A stretch of DNA of 64,000 nucleotides, from NCBI GenBank assembly GCA_022729235.1, contig JALDAJ010000001.1:288001-352000 (forward strand), written 5' to 3'. This document shows positions 26,228 through 34,982 of this stretch, piece after piece. Numbering within the stretch: position 1 is the stretch's first letter; every line of letters begins with the position of its first letter. Source of the stretch: Candidatus Nanohalarchaeota archaeon (lineage in GTDB: Archaea; Nanohalarchaeota; Nanosalinia; Nanosalinales; Nanosalinaceae). A model generated the notes under the pieces. That model worked only from the letters and a program-made list of their open reading frames with translations. It ran no database searches and was not told the origin of the DNA. The translations under genes and the position numbers were made by a program.

Positions 26228-28498
26228 TCACACCTGCCGGTCGAACCACTCCTTCCACCGGGCGTATATCCTCTCCGGGTCCTGCTTACCGTACTCTTCG
26301 CCTACTCTCTCCGCCAGTATGTGGTAGCGCTGGTTCGCTTTTACCGTGAAATCTGCCTCAAGGAGCTCCGGTCTATCATTCTCATTTGCGGCTTCCACCA
26401 TGTCCTGTTTTATCTTTTTACGGAGCTGTATATTGTTCCAGACCGCCTCCCAGTCATTCTTCCACTCCCTGATGTTCTCCGCAATCCTGTTGAGAACCAT
26501 CGACTCACCGTTCTTCAGGGTATCTGTAGGCATCAGTTTGTCCTCGTTGCTATCGTAGCGCATCAGGTCGACAAAGGCGTTCTCCTCCTGTGGGTCGTTG
26601 GTCCATTCTTTCCTGACCTCGGTGATCCCTGTGACACGCCGGTAAGTGTTCAGACCGTCCGGACTCTTGATCTTGTTCACACTTACAACGACATCGGTCG
26701 CCTTGAAAGACGTTTTCGGGACACCGAGGTCGTTCACGACACGGTCATATACTGAATAGGGAGACTCTCCGTGGATGGTTCCGCCGACAAAGTTCGCGAC
26801 GGCTCCGACACGCATCGCCTCGTAAAGGGTTTTCGCCTCGTCACTCCTTACCTCTCCGATAACCAGTGCAGAATCTCCGAGACGTAGCGAGGTCCTGATA
26901 GCTTCGTCCGCTGCAAGCTCATTTTCCACCTGTGTGATGACGCTCCTGGATTTCATCCGTTCAACGTTGTAACCCAGGTCTTTCATCTGGTTGATAGGCA
27001 GCTCCAGCGTATCCTCTACCGATATAATCCTGGTCTTCTTCAGCAACTCCAGCATCGATGCGCCGAGTATCGACGACTTTCCTGCCCCACGTGTCCCCGC
27101 GAAAAGCACTGATCGACCGCCGTCAACTATGAAAGATAGTAGTGCTGCTCCCATCGGATTTATCATACCCTTATCGATGAAAAGCGGTAGAGTCCACGCC
27201 CTTGAGCGGTGTCTTCTGAACGCGAACGCAAGTCCCTCCGGCGACAGGTTCTCCTGGATTATAGCGACACGGGCGCGTCCACCAGGAACCTCTGTGTCGG
27301 TATCCAGGACCGGGTTTGCCTCGTCCAGAGGGCGTCCAGACTGGATACGGAACCTTGTAGCCCATGACTCCGCCTCTTCCTTAGTCGGTATCAGGTTGGT
27401 CTCGCACTCCTCGTATTCCTGGTGGTTGATGAATATAGAAGAGCCTCCAACCGGCGAGTTGATAAACACGTCCTGTATCTTGGGGTCACTAAGGAGAAGT
27501 TCCAGCACACCAAGACCTGAAGTGTAACGGTTGAGTATCGACGTAAGCTCGTCCAACTCCTCTCTCGTCAATCTGATATCCATCTGGTTGGCGATATCCC
27601 GGAGCATGTCCCTCCCTATATTTTCGAACACCTGCCTCATACGTTCCGGGCGGGCGAACTCTCCTGACTCGGGTTCGTGCGACGCCATAAACCTGCGCGC
27701 AGCATCAAGTAAGGTGTATTTCTCCTCGGTCAGGTTGAACTCCGGCGGGTTAACGTGGTAGACCGGCTGCACCTTGTCGGGTATCTTATAGATCGATACT
27801 TCGATATCATTCCGTACCTCATACCTGTCGATTTCTTCACCTCGCTCAGGAGGCAGTGACATAAACTTGGTAAGCATGAAGTTCGGTCTCACAAGAGGGT
27901 GGAAAAACTCCCTGTAAACCTCTCTGTCGCCGATGTGATGACCTGTTACAAAATCCTCATCTCTCGCCCTCTGTATCATCCTTGTCTCTTCCAGCCGGTC
28001 ACTAATCGGGCGGATAACATCGTTAAGAAAGTACTTGATACACCGCTTTCTCTGCGGGTAATCATCGCTCATCTCTGTCTTCAGGCGCCTCTCCTTCCTT
28101 CTCAGCTCTACGTAAGCCCCTACAGGGTCGCGCCTTAACTGATCGATAACTATCTGCTGTACCTCAGGTACATGATCCGCATAAAAAGAGTCACATTTCT
28201 CCCCGCCCTGCTCCGACAGGTAACCCTGGGAGGATATACCCTGGATAGCATCTGCGATTTCCTTAAGCATCGATACCTCTTCCTCCCCGTACTCATAATC
28301 CCTTGACTCTGATAGAACCACTGAGGACGCGTCAGGTACTTCCTGGAGGATGTTGATAACACGGGACATGACCTCGGGGTAGTCCTCTATCGACGCGCCG
28401 TAAATCGAGCCGAGAGTATTGACTTTAACTGTACCGCTCTCATCATCGTACTCGTAGTCGAAAACATCAAGATTTCTTACGTCTGCCATACCCAGCAT
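26228..28498 (-). CDS. Type IV pilus assembly ATPase (PilB/TadA/FlaI family)
   Basis: Walker A GTRGAGKS, Asp box SVEDTLEL, Walker B LVIGEVRSDEA, His box GTIHG. Confidence 0.95.
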   Translation of the reverse strand: MLGMADVRNLDVFDYEYDDESGTVKVNTLGSIYGASIEDYPEVMSRVINILQEVPDASSVVLSESRDYEYGEEEVSMLKEIADAIQGISSQGYLSEQGGEKCDSFYADHVPEVQQIVIDQLRRDPVGAYVELRRKERRLKTEMSDDYPQRKRCIKYFLNDVIRPISDRLEETRMIQRARDEDFVTGHHIGDREVYREFFHPLVRPNFMLTKFMSLPPERGEEIDRYEVRNDIEVSIYKIPDKVQPVYHVNPPEFNLTEEKYTLLDAARRFMASHEPESGEFARPERMRQVFENIGRDMLRDIANQMDIRLTREELDELTSILNRYTSGLGVLELLLSDPKIQDVFINSPVGGSSIFINHQEYEECETNLIPTKEEAESWATRFRIQSGRPLDEANPVLDTDTEVPGGRARVAIIQENLSPEGLAFAFRRHRSRAWTLPLFIDKGMINPMGAALLSFIVDGGRSVLFAGTRGAGKSSILGASMLELLKKTRIISVEDTLELPINQMKDLGYNVERMKSRSVITQVENELAADEAIRTSLRLGDSALVIGEVRSDEAKTLYEAMRVGAVANFVGGTIHGESPYSVYDRVVNDLGVPKTSFKATDVVVSVNKIKSPDGLNTYRRVTGITEVRKEWTNDPQEENAFVDLMRYDSNEDKLMPTDTLKNGESMVLNRIAENIREWKNDWEAVWNNIQLRKKIKQDMVEAANENDRPELLEADFTVKANQRYHILAERVGEEYGKQDPERIYARWKEWFDRQV

Positions 28499-28531
28499 TA
28501 TTATTCAAGTAACTATTGAATAAAAGATGGG

Positions 28532-28975
28532 ATGCCCCAGCAGGATATCGTAAACCGGCTCGCAGACCAGGTCAACGACTTTAACCGCAGGGTAAGAGAC
28601 CTGGAGGAGAAGATAAGAAACCTTACAGCAAGAGTCAATACCCTGGACGACACCGTTCTCAACAAGACCAAGTCCCTATCCCAGGATGTTCAGGGTCTGG
28701 AGGACGAGATAGAAGAGGTCAGGGACAGGATAGCAAACATAGAGGTCGATATCAAGGAGATCAACCGCGAGAAGCGGAAGTTCGTGTCTTCACAGGAGCT
28801 GGAGGAGATAGAGAACTACATGGATCTTATGAACCCTATCCATTCTTCCTTCACTACAAAGAAAGAGGTCAAAGAGATAGCACAGGGGAACTCCAGCGGT
28901 CTTTCAAGAGAGCAAGTGGAGAAAATCGTGGACAGAAAGATAAAAAGCATGGAAAACCAACCAGATAATGAATAA
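28532..28975 (+). CDS. Coiled-coil protein divergent from the pilus ATPase
   Basis: Continuous heptads (RRVRDLEEKIRNL...); only 33 nt from the ATPase ORF start. Confidence 0.85.
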   Translation: MPQQDIVNRLADQVNDFNRRVRDLEEKIRNLTARVNTLDDTVLNKTKSLSQDVQGLEDEIEEVRDRIANIEVDIKEINREKRKFVSSQELEEIENYMDLMNPIHSSFTTKKEVKEIAQGNSSGLSREQVEKIVDRKIKSMENQPDNE

Positions 28976-28987
28976 GAGGGTGACATC

Positions 28988-29839
28988 ATGAAATTCCAGC
29001 TGTTCGGGAGACTGAGGGACGATGAATCAGGCGGAACAGATCAGCAACGTGAAGCGCCACAAGGAGCTCCTGGACAAGAAGAGACGCCACAGGCACTTGG
29101 CGGAGGTAGTCTTGAAAGAACAGTTGATAACCTGTTCTCACAGGGTTACGCTGAAGAGGAGATAAGACAGGAACTCCAGGGACAGTATTCACAGACAGAA
29201 ATCGACCGCGCTATAAACAATGCGGTTGCATCAACAGCCACTCCTGACACCGGTCCTGGACCGAAACCCATGACACCATACCAAAGTGAGGAAGATGCAG
29301 TAAGCCCTGTAGATGAGGGTTTCTCACAAAACGATGATACTATGGATCAGAGAGAACAAGAACCACAGCAACCAAACCCGCAGCCAGCGCCTCCTGCGCC
29401 ACAGGAGCAGACACCGCAGGAACCACAGGAAGAACAGGGCGCCCACGGCTCTAACGTGGAGGAGCTGGTGGAGACTATCGTCGCTGAAAACTTTGACCGC
29501 GTCGAGAGAGAGTTCGAGAACGTTTACCGGGAAATCGATGAGCTGAAAGATACAGCAGAAGATCTAGAGCAGCGGGTCCACGATCTGGAAGTCCGTGACG
29601 ACGAGGACCAGACACAGTTCATACAGAAAATGGATGAGATGGAGGAACACATCGACTCTTACCAGTCACGTATAGGCGGGCTGGAGAAGGCTTTCCAGCA
29701 GGTGCTTCCTTCCCTGGTCGACAACGTCAGGGACCTGACAGATCTTGTGCAGGATATCAAGCAGGAAAGAGGGATTGAAACGGATAAGAACGTTTCAAGC
29801 CAGGATATTGACGATATAGACGTTGAAGACTGGAACTGA
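28988..29839 (+). CDS. Small helical domain plus Q/P linker plus coiled-coil protein
   Basis: GYAEEEIRQEL...EIDRAI domain, Q/P-rich linker, C-terminal heptads; GGGTGA SD. Confidence 0.85.
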   Translation: MKFQLFGRLRDDESGGTDQQREAPQGAPGQEETPQALGGGSLERTVDNLFSQGYAEEEIRQELQGQYSQTEIDRAINNAVASTATPDTGPGPKPMTPYQSEEDAVSPVDEGFSQNDDTMDQREQEPQQPNPQPAPPAPQEQTPQEPQEEQGAHGSNVEELVETIVAENFDRVEREFENVYREIDELKDTAEDLEQRVHDLEVRDDEDQTQFIQKMDEMEEHIDSYQSRIGGLEKAFQQVLPSLVDNVRDLTDLVQDIKQERGIETDKNVSSQDIDDIDVEDWN

Positions 29840-29843
29840 TTTT

Positions 29844-30347
29844 TCAGTCACTGTTTCCGCCAGCGGTTATAGCCACGATGATAAGCAGGAATAGCAGTAT
29901 AAGTACAGGCATAACCACTTCCTGCCACGTATCTTCTATATCACCGAGGAACGCACCCAGATCTGCCTGCGTAACAAACGCACCTATGAAAACTATTGCC
30001 GCAATCGCTACAGCCGACCACAGCCTTATACTCTCCGTCTTCTCGTCCTCAGCAATGTCAATCCCCGCCACCGCCATCAAAATCATTAAACCCAGGAACC
30101 CGAAAACACCAAAAGTAAGGGCTGCAGCCAGATTAGTCATTATACCTGGCGGTAGGAAGAAGTACGCACCTCCGATCGCCAGGAATGCGACAGCCAGAGA
30201 TATAACCCCGTTTACCTGCTCATCCTCACTGATAACCTTATACTTCTCAAGGACGCCATAGGTCACCGCCAGAACCAGCAACCAGGGAAAGAACAGCTGG
30301 AAAACATCCATATCCGCCATCATCAACACTATCTGTTCGAATGCCAT
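29844..30347 (-). CDS. Multi-pass membrane protein (PWLLxxxxxYxxLE family)
   Basis: About 5 TM segments; paralog of the adjacent gene. Confidence 0.8.
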   Translation of the reverse strand: MAFEQIVLMMADMDVFQLFFPWLLVLAVTYGVLEKYKVISEDEQVNGVISLAVAFLAIGGAYFFLPPGIMTNLAAALTFGVFGFLGLMILMAVAGIDIAEDEKTESIRLWSAVAIAAIVFIGAFVTQADLGAFLGDIEDTWQEVVMPVLILLFLLIIVAITAGGNSD

Positions 30348-30350
30348 TCT

Positions 30351-30932
30351 TTATCCCTCCGAATCAGGTCCCGGCCCATGTTCGAAGAGTAAAGGCCTCA
30401 ATGTACTGTCTCCGCTCGGATCACGCATAGTGAACCAGAGAACACCTAATATCACAGCAGCCCATATAAGACCGGTATCAAAGCTGTACTGGACAACCCC
30501 GGCAATCGCATCTATCGCTGTTTCTCCTTCACCAAGCGTCAAGGCATCAAGACCTCCCGATACAGTAAATGCCACGGCCGCGATAATCAGTCCCAGAACA
30601 GCCATGACATTCTTCTTGAAGTAATCCGTGGTACCTGTAAGCCCGAGGAGCATGAAAAGCCCCAGAACACCTATGACTCCAACCGTCAGCGTCCCCAGGT
30701 AGCTGACGAAGAACATCTGGTATGCCGGATTTTGAACTATGAAGAATGATACAAAGAACGCGAATATTAAAGCGATAAGTGGCGGAAAGTTATCTTTCTC
30801 TTCTATAACCGGTACATTCTCTAGAACCGCGTAGAAGACCAGATACGATAGTAAGAACGGCAGTACTCCTATGAAGAAGTCTGCCTGTTCTAGTGTTGTT
30901 AACAACTGCGTGAAACTCCCTACATCAGCCAC
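30351..30932 (-). CDS. Multi-pass membrane protein (PFLLxxxxxYxxLE family)
   Basis: LPFLLSYLVFYAVLE; about 5 TM segments. Confidence 0.8.
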   Translation of the reverse strand: MADVGSFTQLLTTLEQADFFIGVLPFLLSYLVFYAVLENVPVIEEKDNFPPLIALIFAFFVSFFIVQNPAYQMFFVSYLGTLTVGVIGVLGLFMLLGLTGTTDYFKKNVMAVLGLIIAAVAFTVSGGLDALTLGEGETAIDAIAGVVQYSFDTGLIWAAVILGVLWFTMRDPSGDSTLRPLLFEHGPGPDSEG

Positions 30933-30936
30933 CTAA

Positions 30937-31194
30937 CTATTCACCTTCATAACCCTGCTTCCTGTTGTGCAGGTTCATCAGCCATAGCTCGCGGGCTATA
31001 ATCATCAATGCGAGCATCGTGATCCATGGCTCGATTATCCGACCGAAGGAAACGATTCCTACATTCTGCGGCGCCCAGAACATGGTGTACAACGCAACGA
31101 CTATAGCTCCGAGCGAAAGAATGGCTATAACAAACTCGTCGAGGATATTCTCGACCTGGTAGAAGTATTCGTGTAGTTTTCTGTCATTCATCAC
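30937..31194 (-). CDS. Small two-TM membrane protein
   Basis: Two hydrophobic helices; operonic spacing. Confidence 0.75.
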   Translation of the reverse strand: MMNDRKLHEYFYQVENILDEFVIAILSLGAIVVALYTMFWAPQNVGIVSFGRIIEPWITMLALMIIARELWLMNLHNRKQGYEGE

Positions 31195-31301
31195 ATCATC
31201 ATTCCTCCGCGTCTTCTTCGACCCATGCTTTTACCGAGGAAAAAGCCTAATGCGGCACCAATTATCAATATATCAAAGTTGTTCATGAGTTGTTCCATCA
31301 T
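31191..31301 (-). CDS. 36-aa single-TM microprotein (not in ORF track)
   Basis: MMEQLMNNFDILIIGAALGFFLGKSMGRRRRGGMMM; GTGA overlap with the next gene; TTTAAA box upstream. Confidence 0.7.
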   Translation of the reverse strand: MMEQLMNNFDILIIGAALGFFLGKSMGRRRRGGMMM

Positions 31302-31374
31302 GTTTTTAACGCCCTCTGTAGCAGTATTTTGCTCCTTCCTTTAAATATCTAAAAGCGTTGTCAGAGTTCTGCGG

Positions 31375-32568
31375 TTATCCTACCGCAGGAGCATAGTTCC
31401 CGACTCCTGCTTCTACCTGCATCTCCGGCTCATCCTGTATTCCGGTATCCTCTAAAGCATCTTCTATGGTGTCTGCCGTCATCTCGTACAGATCCTGGTC
31501 GCAGACATCGTAATCGTTCAACTTGGTTCCGGGCGTGGAGTTGACCTCGTAAGGAACGATGGTTTTCTTTCCATCCTCATCGACCTTCCTGACACAGTCG
31601 ATAGCGAACACATCCATATCCAGCTCTTCACCGACAAGGTAGGAAACAAGCCTCTCCTCGATTCCTGAATCCATCGGCTCTTCCGAGTACTCTCCACCGT
31701 TGTTGATGTTGGTCGGTTCAGGCTCTCCGGAATCTATCTCCCTGTCGACAGCCTCATGTTCATCCCCAGCAACCCATATCCTGCTGTCAACTATATCCTC
31801 GTATACTTCGCTCTCGCTGTAGTGGTCGACGAACTCTTCGTACAGGAATCCATCCTCGAACTCATCTATTTCACCGAACTCCAGGAACTCTATACCCTCG
31901 CCGTGAGAACCTTCAAACGGTTTCTTCACAACTATATCGTCTTCTTCCATTTCGCCCTCAGCACGCTCGTAATCCCGGTAAGTCTCAGGGATCTCGATAT
32001 CCATGAAATCATTGTCCAGTTTCTCCTCTTCCTCATCCCAGTATTCTTCCAGGAACTCCATCCATTCCTCATCGAGTTCCTCTCCGGGCTCGTATTCTTC
32101 CTGCGCGAACTCGACAAGTTCCTGACGGCCGACATTCTCAAGATTTTTTAGCGCTCTCTTAGTTATCTCTTTATCGGAGCAAAGTGCAGCTCCCTGAGGA
32201 GAGTTAACAAATTCCACACCGTATTCTTCTTCCAGCCTCTGCATCTGCAATACGTTTTCAGGAACTTTGTCCTCAGATAGATCTGACTTGAAGCTGGCCT
32301 GACGGTAGAAAACGACAGTATCTTCAAGTTCCGAGACCGGGACACCGTTGACCTCAAGTTCTCCATTTCTCTCCTCTATATCATCCGGCTGCAAATCGGT
32401 AACGCTCAATCCGCGACCACTCAGTTCGAGAACAGTATTGGCACGAGTCTTATTGTTCCAAGCACCTGCGTACAGAACATCAGCCTCATCTACAGATGTA
32501 TCTCTCATCAAACCATTAGCTCTGCGCCTTCTTCTATCCAACTCCGAACTGAACAACCACCAGACCAT
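31375..32568 (-). CDS. RimK/LysX-like ATP-grasp ligase
   Basis: KKPFEGSHGEGI, YEEFV, DSRIWV, TNINNGG, FAIDCV and EVNSTPG motifs. Confidence 0.85.
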   Translation of the reverse strand: MVWWLFSSELDRRRRRANGLMRDTSVDEADVLYAGAWNNKTRANTVLELSGRGLSVTDLQPDDIEERNGELEVNGVPVSELEDTVVFYRQASFKSDLSEDKVPENVLQMQRLEEEYGVEFVNSPQGAALCSDKEITKRALKNLENVGRQELVEFAQEEYEPGEELDEEWMEFLEEYWDEEEEKLDNDFMDIEIPETYRDYERAEGEMEEDDIVVKKPFEGSHGEGIEFLEFGEIDEFEDGFLYEEFVDHYSESEVYEDIVDSRIWVAGDEHEAVDREIDSGEPEPTNINNGGEYSEEPMDSGIEERLVSYLVGEELDMDVFAIDCVRKVDEDGKKTIVPYEVNSTPGTKLNDYDVCDQDLYEMTADTIEDALEDTGIQDEPEMQVEAGVGNYAPAVG

Positions 32569-32631
32569 AGTTGTTACTTATTAATCAATACGTAAAAATG
32601 TTGAGGTGTTAACTCTAAAACATACAGAATT

Positions 32632-34167
32632 CTAGAAAATATTTCTCGGGTCAGCAATATTCTTCGTTTTATCAATCAGTCTCCGTACCTCCTGCCTAAT
32701 CTGGTAGAACTCGTTAATTATGGATCTCACATCGCCTCTTAAACTTTTCAAGCCATCGCGTAGGACTATTAGTTTTATATTGCCATCGTCATCCTCCATG
32801 ACATCACTTGCTCCGGCCACTCCGCTAAACTCACTTCTTATCTGATTATATGCATTCTCAATAAGATTATTATTCAAAATAGATTCTATTAATCCGAGAG
32901 CATCCTCCAATTCCTTTTTCTCAGCTTCGGTCATCTTTAGCTCTTCATTCAGATATTTTCTGGCAGATTCGATTTCCTTACCCTGATCCAGGAATGCATT
33001 ACGTAGCTTTTGTAACTCCTCCTCAAGCACTTCAAGTTCTTTGCCAATTTCGTATGAAGCACTCTCCAACTCCTCATCACCATACTTCTGTGCTAACTTA
33101 TCAAGAAGTTTATCTTCCTTTACAGCTCGCTCGACTTCGTTCGGGAGAGCTTCCCACATCTGCTCGACTTGACCATACTCTTGGACGAATCTAGTTAATT
33201 CACTGAATTCGTCCTTTTCTTCAACCAGTTCCTTATCCGCTATCTTTTTCAAGCGGATAACATCTTGTTCTAGCTGATAGAACCGATTCATCAGAACATC
33301 CAAAACATCTTCTAGTACATCTAAATCATTAGCAGGATCACTCCAATCACGCCTCAGAATCTGACTCAATCCCGCTCTGATTTCATCCGCAAGTTTTTCA
33401 AAGTTCTTGGCGCCTTCAACCGCTCTATCACTGTCTTCAAGAAAGGCCTTAGCGTCCTGTACCGCGTTATATATATCAGACTGACTTCTCTCGGCAAACT
33501 GCTCCAAATCATCCACTGCAATCTCCATAAGTTCAAGTGCCTTCTCTAGTTCTTGCTCAGCATGTCTAGCCTCGGCGTCACCTTCTTCCCCTCCTCTGCG
33601 CATAGCATCCTGCTCCTCTCGCTTGACCTCATTGAGAAGTTCATCTGCCTCTTTTTCCCTGTTCTTGGCATCGGCGAGGAGCTCTTTGTTGGCGGCTACT
33701 GCCTCTTTAGTTCCACCCCAGATACCGTACCTGAACATCCCGTATAGGACTGCGAAGGTTCCTATGGCGAATAGAAGGATTATCGAGTCGCGCGTAATAG
33801 CCAGTATAGGTGCAAACCAGCCGCTTCCAAGGAATACCAGGAATAATAGGATAGAGAACGCGACCAGTCTCCACTTGGATTCTTCCCTGCCTACCCCTGC
33901 TTTTCCTGTAAAGCGGTCGAGCCAGCCAAGCTTGTCCAGAAATGCCTCAAGACCTATAAAGAAACCATACCAGTAAACAGCTACAGCTGCCAGAGTTACA
34001 AGTGCGTTTTGGTCTGTCAGAGGAGCACCCACATATCTCTCGAATACGCCTCCCAGAACGCTTACAATAGCACTTGCTAGCTGATCTACCGGCGTATGTG
34101 TCGAAGCAGCAGCGAGAGAAACAAATGAAATCACACCTAGTAAATAGACAAGGATTTTTTTGTCCAT
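32632..34167 (-). CDS. Signal peptide plus multi-TM plus long helical/coiled-coil protein
   Basis: Cleavable-looking signal (…SLAAA-S), about 3 TM segments, roughly 350-aa helical C-terminus. Confidence 0.8.
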   Translation of the reverse strand: MDKKILVYLLGVISFVSLAAASTHTPVDQLASAIVSVLGGVFERYVGAPLTDQNALVTLAAVAVYWYGFFIGLEAFLDKLGWLDRFTGKAGVGREESKWRLVAFSILLFLVFLGSGWFAPILAITRDSIILLFAIGTFAVLYGMFRYGIWGGTKEAVAANKELLADAKNREKEADELLNEVKREEQDAMRRGGEEGDAEARHAEQELEKALELMEIAVDDLEQFAERSQSDIYNAVQDAKAFLEDSDRAVEGAKNFEKLADEIRAGLSQILRRDWSDPANDLDVLEDVLDVLMNRFYQLEQDVIRLKKIADKELVEEKDEFSELTRFVQEYGQVEQMWEALPNEVERAVKEDKLLDKLAQKYGDEELESASYEIGKELEVLEEELQKLRNAFLDQGKEIESARKYLNEELKMTEAEKKELEDALGLIESILNNNLIENAYNQIRSEFSGVAGASDVMEDDDGNIKLIVLRDGLKSLRGDVRSIINEFYQIRQEVRRLIDKTKNIADPRNIF

Positions 34168-34199
34168 GGAGTAGTTAATCTCTTTGCCTTTTATAATTA

Positions 34200-34682
34200 T
34201 TAGTCACCCGTAGCTCCAGCAGTCGTTGAGAAACTTTTGAGCAGGAGATACGCAGCTAGAAGTCCGCCGACCGCCAGACCCAGATATATTATACCTCCGA
34301 AGACTATAGCCACGGCATCATTCACCAACTGGAAGAACTGTGTAGGCACCAGCATACCGGTTATGACCAGCGAGAGCATCATTGACTGCCTCTTTATCCG
34401 TTTTTTCTCCCCTTTTTTCTGGTAGGGATGGCGTAGCTTGTCGTCTTCCGCCAGAGTGAACATCATAGCCCTTTCAAGACCAAGCTGGAATACAAGAGCG
34501 ATCAGCAGGAACGGTGCAACCAGTTGCGTCAGTATCTCCTCCTGTGTCTCGTACTGAGGTATCTCAAAGCCAGCGTCGGCGTCTATACCTTCATCATAGT
34601 AGTGTGAGGCAGAAGCCACTCCTGTGAAAAATAAGGTAATCAACAGGAGAGCTCCCAGACGTTCATCCAAAATCGAGATCAC
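34200..34682 (-). CDS. Membrane protein with signal peptide (start uncertain)
   Basis: ASA-S cleavage-like site, APFLLIALVFQLGLE motif, 3 TM segments. Confidence 0.75.
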   Translation of the reverse strand: MISILDERLGALLLITLFFTGVASASHYYDEGIDADAGFEIPQYETQEEILTQLVAPFLLIALVFQLGLERAMMFTLAEDDKLRHPYQKKGEKKRIKRQSMMLSLVITGMLVPTQFFQLVNDAVAIVFGGIIYLGLAVGGLLAAYLLLKSFSTTAGATGD

Positions 34683-34926
34683 CTTCTAAGTCTCCCCCTA
34701 TATCTCCCTGTCCTCTACCTTCCCGTACTTTTTCGAGGTAGACTGGAACAACTTCGTCAACCAGGAACCCTGCTACCAGACCCGCACCGCCGACCACGGC
34801 AAGCTCGGACAGGTATTCAGAGAGTCCTGTGAAATCACCTACCATCGCAGAGATAGCGGTATGTGAAAGCAGGTAACCCGCGACAGCTGCGGAGGGAAAT
34901 GCAACGAATTTCCAGGGGTCTCTCAT
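34663..34926 (-). CDS. Small two-TM membrane protein
   Basis: Two Gly/Ala-rich hydrophobic helices. Confidence 0.7.
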   Translation of the reverse strand: MRDPWKFVAFPSAAVAGYLLSHTAISAMVGDFTGLSEYLSELAVVGGAGLVAGFLVDEVVPVYLEKVREGRGQGDIGGDLEGDLDFG

Positions 34927-34982
34927 GTTAGAATGCTGGATGACCTTGATTTATATGACTTGTTTGGTTTCCTAGAGCGAGG

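Noticed and set aside
24030-28498. Archaellum (FlaI/FlaJ) interpretation
   Set aside because: No FlaH, FlaF/G or archaellin-like N-termini nearby; the context is pilin-like.
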